Source: Eledone cirrhosa
Lineage: Eukaryota
Reading direction: 5' to 3'
NCBI GenBank assembly: GCA_964016885.1
Contig: OZ024740.1
Location: 190,960,001-191,024,000, forward strand
DNA: 64,000 bases
The translations under genes and the position numbers were made by a program. Numbering within the stretch: the first letter of the stretch is position 1; each line of letters opens with the position of its first letter. This document shows positions 18,682 through 30,580 of the stretch, one piece after another. The notes beneath the pieces are model-generated. The model was not told the origin of the DNA. It was given only the letters and a program-made list of their open reading frames with translations, and ran no database searches.

Positions 18682-19055
18682 ACGGCCGCAGGGCTGCCTA
18701 GTGGGACCGGTTCTATTGCCTGTTATCCCCCTGGGTCTTGAACTCAGTGGGTCGGTCCCATGTTGTCGTGTGTACTGGCGTGGTTCACTATTTCTGATGG
18801 CCTTAAGTCCCTCTTTAATCTTACTCTTATTGGTCTTAGCTAGGTGGGAGGCCAGATTATGGGTTGTCGAGTACGATAATTTGATAGTATTCTTATTGAT
18901 GACACTACATTACCTACTACCTGGGGGGAAGTTCCTATCTATTAAAGAGAAAAAAGATTTGAGGAGGTCTGTAGTAATATTAGAGTTGAAGGGCGGGTTA
19001 AAGAAGGTACTATCACGTCTTCTATTCCTTCCACTGCGTTTACCATACACCTTGC

Positions 19056-19086
<31 letters not shown>

Positions 19087-19623
19087 TTAAGGAAACTATT
19101 TATGGTTATGTATACAGTAACACCTTTTATAGTTATATATATTTTAAACCCTAAACAGTGAAAGACAGTAATTTATTACTACCTTATTACCAGTAAGTTA
19201 ATTAGTTCAATGTAATAACACCAGTTGTTCTAAAGTGCTTATATTCCATCTAACACCTTACCGCAATATAATCTTATATAAGTAGGACACACGTGCATGC
19301 CCCACGTGTAACTAACTACCTCTAACTATCCTCCTGCATCACCTTCATAGACTGCCAATGTTGTATTATTACTTTAATTTTGTTGTAATTTTCTTTTAAT
19401 ATGACTTTAATCTTTAAATGTAAACTGCCACGCTTAAATATTATAATGGATGTCAACCCACTGTGCATCAATTTATACATATGTTTCTGTATGTCTCTTG
19501 TGTTGAAAAGGAGGTCAAGTATGTAAACAATCATTAAAAAATTGCTTCGAAGACTCCAAACCTCGGTTTGGAAGAAACAATTATAAGCGAATAAATGATT
19601 TTAACAGAACTTTGATTCATGTA

Positions 19624-19662
<39 letters not shown>

Positions 19663-19858
19663 GATAAATCTACCAAGAGTTTACGGTAGTGTCCAATCCG
19701 TATGAAGAACTCAATGTAATCCGGATATCATGGAAAGAAGAGATGCAATGAAAAATCACTTTCGGTGAAAGATAAACGGAATACAGAGTCAAGATAAAAT
19801 ATTAAAAAAATAATGAATAAAACAATGAAACAGTTCCTTATATTAAACCAAAAAAGTT

Positions 19859-20008
19859 CATTATTTAACGATCGTTTCTAGGATATATATGTGTTAGAAT
19901 TGGCATGCATATTCAACAGATCTATGTACAAAATTATACAAAATTATACAAACTATCAAAATTAAATATACATACCAACACATATATATGCCGTCTTCAG
20001 AAATAATG
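19859..20008 (-). ncRNA. Type I hammerhead with a very long stem II
   Basis: CATTATTT-CTGAAGA-[ATATATATGTGTT/AACACATATATAT]-GAAA-CGATCG-TT-AAATAATG. Confidence 0.75.
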
Positions 20009-20154
20009 AAATATATTTATTGATATACATACATATCACCACCCACAGAAGTTTATGCAATCTAAGATTGAAGAAAACACGATCTAAAGAAATATCGGTT
20101 AATTTACACCCACAAGTAAATTTAACACATATCTCTCTGTCTCACACACACACA

Positions 20155-20292
<138 letters not shown>

Positions 20293-20902
20293 ATATATAT
20301 ATATATGTATGTGTGTGTACATATATATACATATGTATGTGTGTGTGTGTACATATATATATATATAGATATATATATAAATATTGTTATATTTGGGGAG
20401 GGTCATATTTGCGTAATATTGCCAGAATTAATAACAGAACACACTCACTGTTTGGTTGGTTTTCGCTTCTCGCTGTCTTTTATATATATATATCTGCGAT
20501 CTAACTTACTCTGTCCTCAATGTTGCCATTGACTGACCGGCGGTCAAAAATAATACAGATACAATATAGACAAACACATATATATATAGTTTACATAAAT
20601 CTTTCGTTGCACATCTGCAACATCGTCAGTGGTGTTATATTCATTGTTCCTCCTGTTGTGTTGTATGTCTACGCCATTTTTTTTTGTTCAGTCTGTCTAT
20701 ATATTTATTTATTTATTTGCTTGTTTGTTTATCTTATTTTATTTTGTCTTCTTTGCGCATGCGTTTGCGTGTGTGTATAGTGTTATGTGTGATGTGTGAC
20801 TAGTGTGTATAGTGTTGTGTCTGCTGGGTGACTAGTGTGTGTTTATGTGCTTGTGTATGTATTTATTTATCTTATTTTATTTAATTTAATTTACTTATTT
20901 AT

Positions 20903-22270
20903 TTATACTTCTCTTAGGTCAGTGTTGTTTGTTTGGGTGTTGTTGTTGTTCCACTCATTCTTTCTGTTTAGCTTTGGTCTTCTAATTTCTATTTCACTGG
21001 CCTCTCTGATTTGCCTATCTGCTGGGTCATTCCTATGTTTAGATATTATTCTAATTTCTATGTTGTCTATGTTACCGTCATGATGTTGTCTAGCATGTTC
21101 GTATAGTACTGACCCGTTTTTTCGTCCTTTTAGTTCCCCCCAGTGTTGGTCTATCCTTTCACCTATGCTACGAGCTGTCTCACCTATGTATGTTGTTGTC
21201 GTGTTTCTGCAAGTACCCTCTGTACATCTTATGCTATAGACTACGTTTCTAGTTTTACAGTTTATCCGGGGGTTCACCTTACATATGATACATTTCCTAT
21301 TGGTACAGTGGGTTTTCTTAAAAGGGTAGGTTTTGCTGATCAGGGATTTTATGGTGGTTCCTGGCTTTTCTACTACCTTTATTTTTAAGTGGGTCTTTCT
21401 CAGGGCCTTTCTACACTGGTTAGCTAATTTCCCTTCAGGGGTGGCGTCCACAAACATGACACTCTGATATCTCTGGTTGTCGTACCATGATGTGGCCTTC
21501 CCTATCTTATGTCTAGCCCTATCTAAGCTATTCCATGATTTGCTCCTGTATAGTGGGCAAATTCCTTTCATGTCCAGTTCTATGAGGGTCTTATACTTTT
21601 CCATGGCTCCTTCGTATACTCTGACTCTGTCTCTTTGGTTGTAGCCAGAGAACTGCATGCGGTTGATGAAGTGTTGGATGTGTCCTTCCATTTCTGTTGG
21701 GTCGCACATGCTGGACACATTCTTCATCACTCGTACCAAATCTGCGATCAGAATATTAAACTTAGCACTACTGGACATTGCTGAGTTTTTGAGTATCAGG
21801 TATTTGGAGGCCATGGGTTTAGCATAGTGTGAGTGGAGAATTTGGGCTCTCTCGTCTATAGTGTTAATCCAGAGTTCTGTGTCTAATACAGGTAGTCTAT
21901 TGTTAGGGTGTTTGGAAGGGAAGTCTATAGTTACAGTTATACTCTGGTGTATGGAATTAGCTATCTGCTGGATGCTTTCCATCGTGCTACGTTCTAAATC
22001 AAACTTGTTAGTGCTCTCTAGTGGGGGTGTTCTTATAACTATATTGATATCGTCTACATAACGAGAGTACATGATGAGGTCTATGGAGCTTTCATTAAGG
22101 AGATCTTTAAGTCTCCTTTCCCACCATACCATGAAAAGGTTGGCAACATCGCCAGCTATGCTGACGCCGATGGCTGCTCCCTCATTTTGGGTGTAGATTT
22201 TCTCATTGAACTTAAATATGTGGCCCTTTAGGGTAGTTTTGATACTAGCCCCTATTGCATGTGCGACCAT
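20903..22270 (-). CDS. PLE polyprotein C-terminal half (partial RT plus GIY-YIG), open but 5'-truncated
   Basis: GAAIGVSIAGDVANLFM, RYVDD, CTNRKCIIC, VVYSIRC...YIGETARS. Confidence 0.85.
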   Translation of the reverse strand: MVAHAIGASIKTTLKGHIFKFNEKIYTQNEGAAIGVSIAGDVANLFMVWWERRLKDLLNESSIDLIMYSRYVDDINIVIRTPPLESTNKFDLERSTMESIQQIANSIHQSITVTIDFPSKHPNNRLPVLDTELWINTIDERAQILHSHYAKPMASKYLILKNSAMSSSAKFNILIADLVRVMKNVSSMCDPTEMEGHIQHFINRMQFSGYNQRDRVRVYEGAMEKYKTLIELDMKGICPLYRSKSWNSLDRARHKIGKATSWYDNQRYQSVMFVDATPEGKLANQCRKALRKTHLKIKVVEKPGTTIKSLISKTYPFKKTHCTNRKCIICKVNPRINCKTRNVVYSIRCTEGTCRNTTTTYIGETARSIGERIDQHWGELKGRKNGSVLYEHARQHHDGNIDNIEIRIISKHRNDPADRQIREASEIEIRRPKLNRKNEWNNNNTQTNNTDLREV

Positions 22271-23706
22271 TTTTCTTACCTGATCAGTGTTTTGGGGGGT
22301 CTATACGGACCCCCCAAAACACTGATCAGGTAAGAAAAATGGTCGCACATGCAATAGGGGCTAGTATCAAAACTACCCTAAAGGGCCACATATTTAAGTT
22401 CAATGAGAAAATCTACACCCAAAATGAGGGAGCAGCCATCGGCGTCAGCATAGCTGGCGATGTTGCCAACCTTTTCATGGTATGGTGGGAAAGGAGACTT
22501 AAAGATCTCCTTAATGAAAGCTCCATAGACCTCATCATGTACTCTCGTTATGTAGACGATATCAATATAGTTATAAGAACACCCCCACTAGAGAGCACTA
22601 ACAAGTTTGATTTAGAACGTAGCACGATGGAAAGCATCCAGCAGATAGCTAATTCCATACACCAGAGTATAACTGTAACTATAGACTTCCCTTCCAAACA
22701 CCCTAACAATAGACTACCTGTATTAGACACAGAACTCTGGATTAACACTATAGACGAGAGAGCCCAAATTCTCCACTCACACTATGCTAAACCCATGGCC
22801 TCCAAATACCTGATACTCAAAAACTCAGCAATGTCCAGTAGTGCTAAGTTTAATATTCTGATCGCAGATTTGGTACGAGTGATGAAGAATGTGTCCAGCA
22901 TGTGCGACCCAACAGAAATGGAAGGACACATCCAACACTTCATCAACCGCATGCAGTTCTCTGGCTACAACCAAAGAGACAGAGTCAGAGTATACGAAGG
23001 AGCCATGGAAAGGTATAAGACCCTCATAGAACTGGACATGAAAGGAATTTGCCCACTATACAGGAGCAAATCATGGAATAGCTTAGATAGGGCTAGACAT
23101 AAGATAGGGAAGGCCACATCATGGTACGACAACCAGAGATATCAGAGTGTCATGTTTGTGGACGCCACCCCTGGAGGGAAATTAGCTAACCAGTGTAGAA
23201 AGGCCCTGAGAAAGACCCACTTAAAAATAAAGGTAGTAGAAAAGCCAGGAACCACCATAAAATCCCTGATCAGCAAAACCTACCCTTTTAAGAAAACCCA
23301 CTGTACCAATAGGAAATGTATCATATGTAAGGTGAACCCCCGGATAAACTGTAAAACTAGAAACGTAGTCTATAGCATAAGATGTACAGAGGGTACTTGC
23401 AGAAACACGACAACAACATACATAGGTGAGACAGCTCGTAGCATAGGTGAAAGGACAGACCAACACTGGGGGGAACTAAAAGGACGAAAAAACGGGTCAG
23501 TACTATACGAACATGCTAGACAACATCATGACGGTAACATAGACAACATAGAAATTAGAATAATATCTAAACATAGGAATGACCCAGCAGATAGGCAAAT
23601 CAGAGAGGCCAGTGAAATAGAAATTAGAAGACCAAAGCTAAACAGAAAGAATGAGTGGAACAACAACAACACCCAAACAAACAACACTGACCTAAGAGAA
23701 GTATAA
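22255..23706 (+). CDS. Mirror copy of the PLE C-terminal half; the first residues derive from the opposite arm
   Basis: Three amino-acid differences from the minus-strand copy (K/R, E/G, I/T). Confidence 0.85.
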   Translation: MHVRPFFLPDQCFGGSIRTPQNTDQVRKMVAHAIGASIKTTLKGHIFKFNEKIYTQNEGAAIGVSIAGDVANLFMVWWERRLKDLLNESSIDLIMYSRYVDDINIVIRTPPLESTNKFDLERSTMESIQQIANSIHQSITVTIDFPSKHPNNRLPVLDTELWINTIDERAQILHSHYAKPMASKYLILKNSAMSSSAKFNILIADLVRVMKNVSSMCDPTEMEGHIQHFINRMQFSGYNQRDRVRVYEGAMERYKTLIELDMKGICPLYRSKSWNSLDRARHKIGKATSWYDNQRYQSVMFVDATPGGKLANQCRKALRKTHLKIKVVEKPGTTIKSLISKTYPFKKTHCTNRKCIICKVNPRINCKTRNVVYSIRCTEGTCRNTTTTYIGETARSIGERTDQHWGELKGRKNGSVLYEHARQHHDGNIDNIEIRIISKHRNDPADRQIREASEIEIRRPKLNRKNEWNNNNTQTNNTDLREV

Positions 23707-24297
23707 ATAAATAAGTAAATTAAATTAAATAAAATAAGATAAATAAATACATACACAAGCACATAAACACACACTAGTCACCCAGCAGACACAACACTAT
23801 ACACACTAGTCACACATCACACATAACACTATACACACACGCAAACGCATGCGCAAAGAAGACAAAATAAAATAAGATAAACAAACAAGCAAATAAATAA
23901 ATAAATATATAGACAGACTGAACAAAAAAAAATGGCGTAGACATACAACACAACAGGAGGAACAATGAATATAACACCACTGACGATGTTGCAGATGTGC
24001 AACGAAAGATTTATGTAAACTATATATATATGTGTTTGTCTATATTGTATCTGTATTATTTTTGACCGCCGGTCAGTCAATGGCAACATTGAGGACCGAG
24101 TAAGTTTGATCGCAGATATATATATATAAAAGACAGCGAGAAGCGAAAACCAACCAAACAGTGAGTGTGTTCTGTTATTAATTCTGGCAATATTACGCAA
24201 ATATGACCCTCCCCAAATATAACAATATCTGTTTCGACACACGATTTCATATAAAAAACCTCGCAAAACTAATTCATCGCCGCTATATATAAATATA

Positions 24298-25082
<785 letters not shown>

Positions 25083-25086
<4 letters not shown>

Positions 25087-25260
25087 TATCGAGAATCGGA
25101 ATCTCGGCCCACGAAATAACGAAACACAATCTTCGAAATGCATGGCAAAGGGCTCAATAGTTTGGATAAACCAGAGCTATAACTATCGTTTAAATACCAA
25201 CACATAGAGACAATGCTTAAAATCATTCGCACAGCCGAAAAACTACCAGGAAAATTCGGA
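25083..25260. repeat. Diverged fragment related to the start of the 54.4-55.8 kb array unit
   Basis: Shared GGGCTCAATA...CAGAGCTATAACTATCGTT. Confidence 0.75.
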
Positions 25261-25276
25261 TATACATATATATGTA

Positions 25277-25318
<42 letters not shown>

Positions 25319-26895
25319 ATTAAATAAATGGAAAACTATATTTATAAAACCATATTTATTTCATTATATATATTTCGGGGATATCATATTAACAATATGC
25401 TATGCCTTCATCAGACAAAATACAATATAAACAGTTTTATAGATAAATAGATTCGACATACCGTAATAACACCGACTTCATTTGAAGAGGTTTACGCTGG
25501 CAGTGAAAAAATTTTATACAGAGAGAAAGAAAGAGAGAAAAAAAGAAAGAAAGACAAAACGAAGAAAAGGAAGAAAAAGAAGAAAAAGAAAAAGAAGAGA
25601 TGCATGGAACAAAATAGAGAGATGGAAAGATAGATAAAGCGAAGAACTTCATGTAAAGAAACAGAAAGAGACATATATATATAGAGAGAGAGGAAATAGA
25701 GATAGATACATATATATATAGAAAATTAGGTAGTGGGAGGTCATTTTGAGTAAATGTATCAATGATACATTTATTTATTTATTTATTTATTTAGCTCAGG
25801 TATTAATGTAAGGGAGATATATAGAGAGAAAAAATATAGAGAGAGGAAAAAAATAGCGAGAGAAAATTTAAAAATAGCCAGACATATTCGAGGCGCAAAA
25901 ACCCTATGTTTTAATGTATTAGTATTTATAAAACTTACACTATATTGTAAATATCAGTATTCCTGAATGAGACAAGTATCCATAATGTGTGAAAATTAAT
26001 TATCTTATGTTTAGTTTTAAAAAATTCATATGTTTATGTGACAGCAACAAATATCCATGCGAATCCAACTGATTCACTCTGCAAACTCTAAGTTCACGGA
26101 AAACATTCTCAATGTGGTATAAAAATTTGAGCGTATTATTATTCCTGTCATTACTCTACAAGATTATCTATCAAGCAGAAATAGAGAGCAGATTTCAATA
26201 TACTAATAAAAATATATATTATAAACAAAACTAAAAATAAAAAGATAAAAAGATAACAATAATAATAATAAGTAAAAATATAGAATAGAAAACTAAAAAA
26301 ATATTACGAAAGAATATTACATAATAAAAATATTACATATTAAAAATACTACGTATTAAAAAATATTACGTATTAAAAATTTACATATTAAAGATATTAA
26401 AAATAAAATAAAAAATAATAAATAAAATAAAAAATAAAAAATAAAGAATAAAAAATATTATAGAATACTACAATAATAAAACATAAGAATAAAAATAAAA
26501 ATAAAAATAAAAATAAAAATAAATAAAAATAAAAATAAACCACAAAGAACAACCCTTCAAAGTTAATTGACAATATATTGCCAAGTTCATTACAAGACAA
26601 AGCCAAAAATTATCTATCAAATCACATCTAGCAAAGATCATTTCAAAAAGATTATGATGTCCAATTAGCTCTACATATGTTCTTATATTTAATATAGAAG
26701 TTTATCTAGTGTAAGGTTAATTCAAAAAATTTGGAGCATCAGCTTTTAGGGTAGCTTACTTTTTCATGAGGAATGTTTAGATAAAAATAAAATTAAAATA
26801 AACAATAAAAAAGAGTAAAAAGAGGAATCAAAGATTTAGGAATCAAAAAATGTATCGGCTATTTTCCCATATAAATATAAATCAAACTAAATATA

Positions 26896-27552
26896 CTACA
26901 TTTTAAATTTAAATTTATATTTAAACGTTGAGTTTAATCTATGTTTGCAACAACTGAATAAATTTGTCCGTAGGTTAAGGGAATTTTTAGATTTTAGTAT
27001 AAAGAATATCTCTTCTGCGCAGAGGTCACATGTCTCAGAGGATGAATTAAAAGGAATCCCTCTTGAGACTATATTCCAAGCCGTCGAATATCTAACGTTA
27101 TCTAGCTTAAGTTGCCAGAGTACGCCTGATAGTGCCGTTGAAGATTTTTTACTTGGATCTGTGAAAGAATTCTTGTGGTTATTATAGCGAAGTTTAAATT
27201 CCGTCGATGTGGAACCGACGTAGTTAAAAGAATTAGAGTCAGTATTAACATTACAATTGTATACTATATTTTTAACTAAGCAGTTGTTATTTAACGGACA
27301 TTTAGATCTATCTCTACAGTTACATTTGTTAACTTGTATATTATTTATGCTATTATCAGTAGGTTTTAAGTTCCTATTATTTATTCTATTAATATTTTGC
27401 GCTAAATTTTTGGTGGATGAGTAGGTTAATTTATGCCTATTGAAAATTGAGTGATACCTATGTGTTCTAGGGAAGCGATTATCAAGAGCTTTGAAAAATA
27501 ATTTAGCGATGTGGGTTTTAATGTTTAGTGAGAAAGGGGGGGGGGGGGGCAA
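26896..27552 (-). CDS. Linker, CxCx5Cx5C motif and GIY-YIG endonuclease of the same element
   Basis: CNCRDRSKCPLNNNC, IVY...YVGST...RYNNH, CDLC, CCKH. Confidence 0.9.
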   Translation of the reverse strand: MPPPPPFSLNIKTHIAKLFFKALDNRFPRTHRYHSIFNRHKLTYSSTKNLAQNINRINNRNLKPTDNSINNIQVNKCNCRDRSKCPLNNNCLVKNIVYNCNVNTDSNSFNYVGSTSTEFKLRYNNHKNSFTDPSKKSSTALSGVLWQLKLDNVRYSTAWNIVSRGIPFNSSSETCDLCAEEIFFILKSKNSLNLRTNLFSCCKHRLNSTFKYKFKFKM

Positions 27553-29110
27553 ACCAAATTATGTTCCTAGTTCTATTTCTTTTTTGTCCTTTGGAATTAT
27601 TGTAATGCTTTCTATTATAGTTGTTAATGTTGTTGCCGTAATTAAAAAAGTTGTTACTTTGTTTAGTTTGTCTATCATTATCTATGTACACAATCTTATC
27701 AGCATATCCTGCCCTAGCTAGTGCTTCATTATAGTATTGGGCCTTTTCGTCGAAAATCTTTCTATTCGACGAGATCCTAGAGATACGTTTTTGGACTGAG
27801 TTTACTATAGTGTTTTTGACAGATCTGGGGTGGTTAGAGTTAAAGTTGACATAGTTTAAGTTTTCATTCAACTTGTGAAAAGGATAGTGGAGACATGTGT
27901 TGAGATTTAATGTTATATCTAGGAAATTGACTATTCTATGGTTGTTCTCAATTTCTATTTTAAGGTTAAAGTAATTAAAAAATTTTGTAATTTGTTTACA
28001 TTTTCTATTTAGTTCAGGGTTATTATTATTAATAAATAAAATCATGTCATCCCTATATAAACCTCCGGTAGTACCAGGTATTTTCCTATGTAGCGAATTG
28101 ATTAAAAATAAGCCCACAAGGTCAGTTACCTGAGCTGAGTCGGAAGATCCCATAGTTATGTCAAAATTGCTATCTCTATCTGCTCTGGTCCATAATTTGT
28201 CATTAAATTCTATCAAAGTTTTCCTAGCCGATAATATAATATGCATTTCTTTGCTAGTTAGGTCAGTATGTTTGAATGCGTAATTTAGTGCCTTATTTAG
28301 TAGACTAGGGGTAATAGAAGAATAATAGTTAGCTATATCAAGTTGAATAAACCTATTATTATTGTTATATTTAATTTGCCTAAACCACTCAACAACCTCT
28401 CCAGTTCCCTTCCACAAGCTCAGGTTAGATACACAATCCAAGTTCTTAATTTGCTGTATCACCCTGTCAAGAATATTTTTGCTTAATTTGCCCAGGTCCG
28501 ATTTTGAAGGTGCGATCAATCTAACTGGCAGGTCATTTTCAAAATTCCTCTTGTGGTCCTTCATATTGATCTTCGGTTTCCTGGGCACGAAAGGTTGTGT
28601 TCTGTTCTCAATTTCCAACTCGTGCATTATACAAGATGCTTCGACATTCATTTTCTCAAGTTCGGCCTTATCTGCTACCTTGTAATTTTTCCTCAGCTCT
28701 TTCAGTATGAGGCCATTATATATGTCTTTCCGCACTCCATAGAGGTTGTTGGTCTTGTCAGATTTCATCAAGATCTTCTCAGTTTTCTCTAAGCTCTCAA
28801 TGTTATCCTTAATGCCTTTCAGATATTCCTGGCCTTTAAAGTTTCTCTTGAATTTGACCCCTTGTATGATAGAAATTATATCGTTTTCAAAGTCAGATAA
28901 AAGTTTGTTAGGGGGTGGATTTCTTTTAGATTTGAAAACTTTGTTTAAGTCCGAGACATTTTCGTCTGCATTAGATTTATCAAAGTGGAATGCACGCCAC
29001 CTGATTCTCCTTATAAAAGAGTCAGATTTATCTATTAATTGTTTTACAAAGTCTTTGTTTCTAGGTAGAGGTATGTCTTTTAGAGAGGAAGTAATCTTAA
29101 AGAATTCCAT
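27518..29110 (-). CDS. Naiad-like PLE reverse transcriptase (frameshifted into 26896-27552 at a G14 run)
   Basis: KSDKTNN, PVRLI, QLDIANYYSSI, FDITMGSSD, GGLYRDD, VNFLDITL, SNHP. Confidence 0.9.
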   Translation of the reverse strand: MEFFKITSSLKDIPLPRNKDFVKQLIDKSDSFIRRIRWRAFHFDKSNADENVSDLNKVFKSKRNPPPNKLLSDFENDIISIIQGVKFKRNFKGQEYLKGIKDNIESLEKTEKILMKSDKTNNLYGVRKDIYNGLILKELRKNYKVADKAELEKMNVEASCIMHELEIENRTQPFVPRKPKINMKDHKRNFENDLPVRLIAPSKSDLGKLSKNILDRVIQQIKNLDCVSNLSLWKGTGEVVEWFRQIKYNNNNRFIQLDIANYYSSITPSLLNKALNYAFKHTDLTSKEMHIILSARKTLIEFNDKLWTRADRDSNFDITMGSSDSAQVTDLVGLFLINSLHRKIPGTTGGLYRDDMILFINNNNPELNRKCKQITKFFNYFNLKIEIENNHRIVNFLDITLNLNTCLHYPFHKLNENLNYVNFNSNHPRSVKNTIVNSVQKRISRISSNRKIFDEKAQYYNEALARAGYADKIVYIDNDRQTKQSNNFFNYGNNINNYNRKHYNNSKGQKRNRTRNIIWFAPPPPFLTKH

Positions 29111-30057
29111 TTTTCCAGTTATAATATAAAGCGCTCAACAGTATTGGAGCAAGATACATGTAAAGTTATATTTAAAATTGTTGGGTTACAACTAGTAAAT
29201 ATTTATAACTGATATAAAAGCACTCGACAAATATTTGGCGTATATTTACATATGAATTTTTTAAAACTAAACATAAGATAATTAATTTTCACACATTATG
29301 GATACTTGTCACATTCAGGAATACTGATATTTACAATATAGTGTAAGTTTTATAAATACTAATACATTAAAACATAGGGTTTTTGCGCCTCGAATATGTC
29401 TGGCTATTTTTAAATTTTCTCTCGCTATTTTTTTCCTCTCTCTATATTTTTTCTCTCTATATATCTCCCTTACATTAATACCTGAGCTAAATAAATAAAT
29501 AAATAAATAAATGTATCATTGATACATTTACTCAAAATGACCTCCCACTACCTAATTTTCTATATATATATGTATCTATCTCTATTTCCTCTCTCTCTAT
29601 ATATATATGTCTCTTTCTGTTTCTTTACATGAAGTTCTTCGCTTTATCTATCTTTCCATCTCTCTATTTTGTTCCATGCATCTCTTCTTTTTCTTTTTCT
29701 TCTTTTTCTTCTTTTTCTTCCTTTTCTTCGTTCTGTCTTTCTTTCTTTTTTTCTCTCTTTCTTTCTCTCTGTATAAACTTTTTTCACTGCCAGCGTAAAC
29801 CTCTTCAAATGAAGTCGGTGTTATTACGGTATGTCGAATCTATTTATCTATAAAACTGTTTATATTGTATTTTGTCTGATGAAGGCATAGCATATTGTTA
29901 ATATGATATCCCCGAAATATATATAATGAAATAAATATGGTTTTATAAATATAGTTTTCCATTTATTTAATATTGTAAATATACTCCAAATATTTGTCGA
30001 GTGCTTTTATATCAGTTATAAATATTTACTAGTTGTAACCCAATAATTTTAAATATA

Positions 30058-30117
<60 letters not shown>

Positions 30118-30580
30118 TATACACACATATATACACATGTGTGAAAGTGTGTGTGAGTGTGCATGTACACGGAAATACTGGCACATATCTAGGTGTGTTT
30201 GTGTTTGTTACGTTGCACGTGTTTATGTATGTCGAAAATGCACCTGCAGACAATTCACGGTAAATGGAAATAGAAAAAAATTCTAAAAGAAAGTAAAATT
30301 GACGATGAAGATAATAAATAATGAAATCTACTACGAACTAGATAAGGAAAACTCTGCGAATAAACACAATGTATATCAATGCGTTTTTATCTCTTCTTTC
30401 CTAACTGCCTCATAGTAGGATGCATGAATAAACATTACTCAATCTTTCATTTATCTCAGCATCTAATTCGAACCATGTATCTTTCTTAATTATGTTTTCT
30501 TCAGAAAATATAAACTTACACGGAAAGCAAATATAATACTAACATATTTCCTTTTTAACATATGTTCTTTAATTCATTGG

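Larger units (their letters stand above)
15270..19055 (-). mobile_element. 5'-truncated Naiad-like PLE, probably with a ~3 kb 3' non-coding region
   Basis: FNPPF...IKLSYS linker and GIY-YIG at 18205-19030; same-strand HHR-like motif at 15310-15356; continuity of the middle is inferred. Confidence 0.6.
20381..24283. mobile_element. Palindromic Nematis-like PLE: 1921 bp arms (20381-22301, 22308-24228), 6 nt loop, 55 nt tail
   Basis: Centre TTTTGGGGGGTC-tatacg-GACCCCCCAAAA; mirror-image ORFs; TA-rich tracts on both sides. Confidence 0.95.
25313..30063 (-). mobile_element. Full-length Naiad-like PLE with an inverted copy of its 3' end (arms 25313-26030 and 29231-29978, tail to 30063)
   Basis: ATG at 29110; near-identical arms; HHRs at 25357-25422 (minus) and 29868-29933 (plus); TA flanks. 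Confidence 0.95.

Noticed and set aside
27536-27549. Programmed frameshift between RT and endonuclease
   Set aside because: The related copy at 45938-47263 reads through in one frame, so homopolymer slippage or sequencing error is simpler
26896-29110. Selenocysteine recoding, reported for some Naiad PLEs
   Set aside because: The conserved cysteines are ordinary Cys codons in the translated frames and no in-frame TGA is needed
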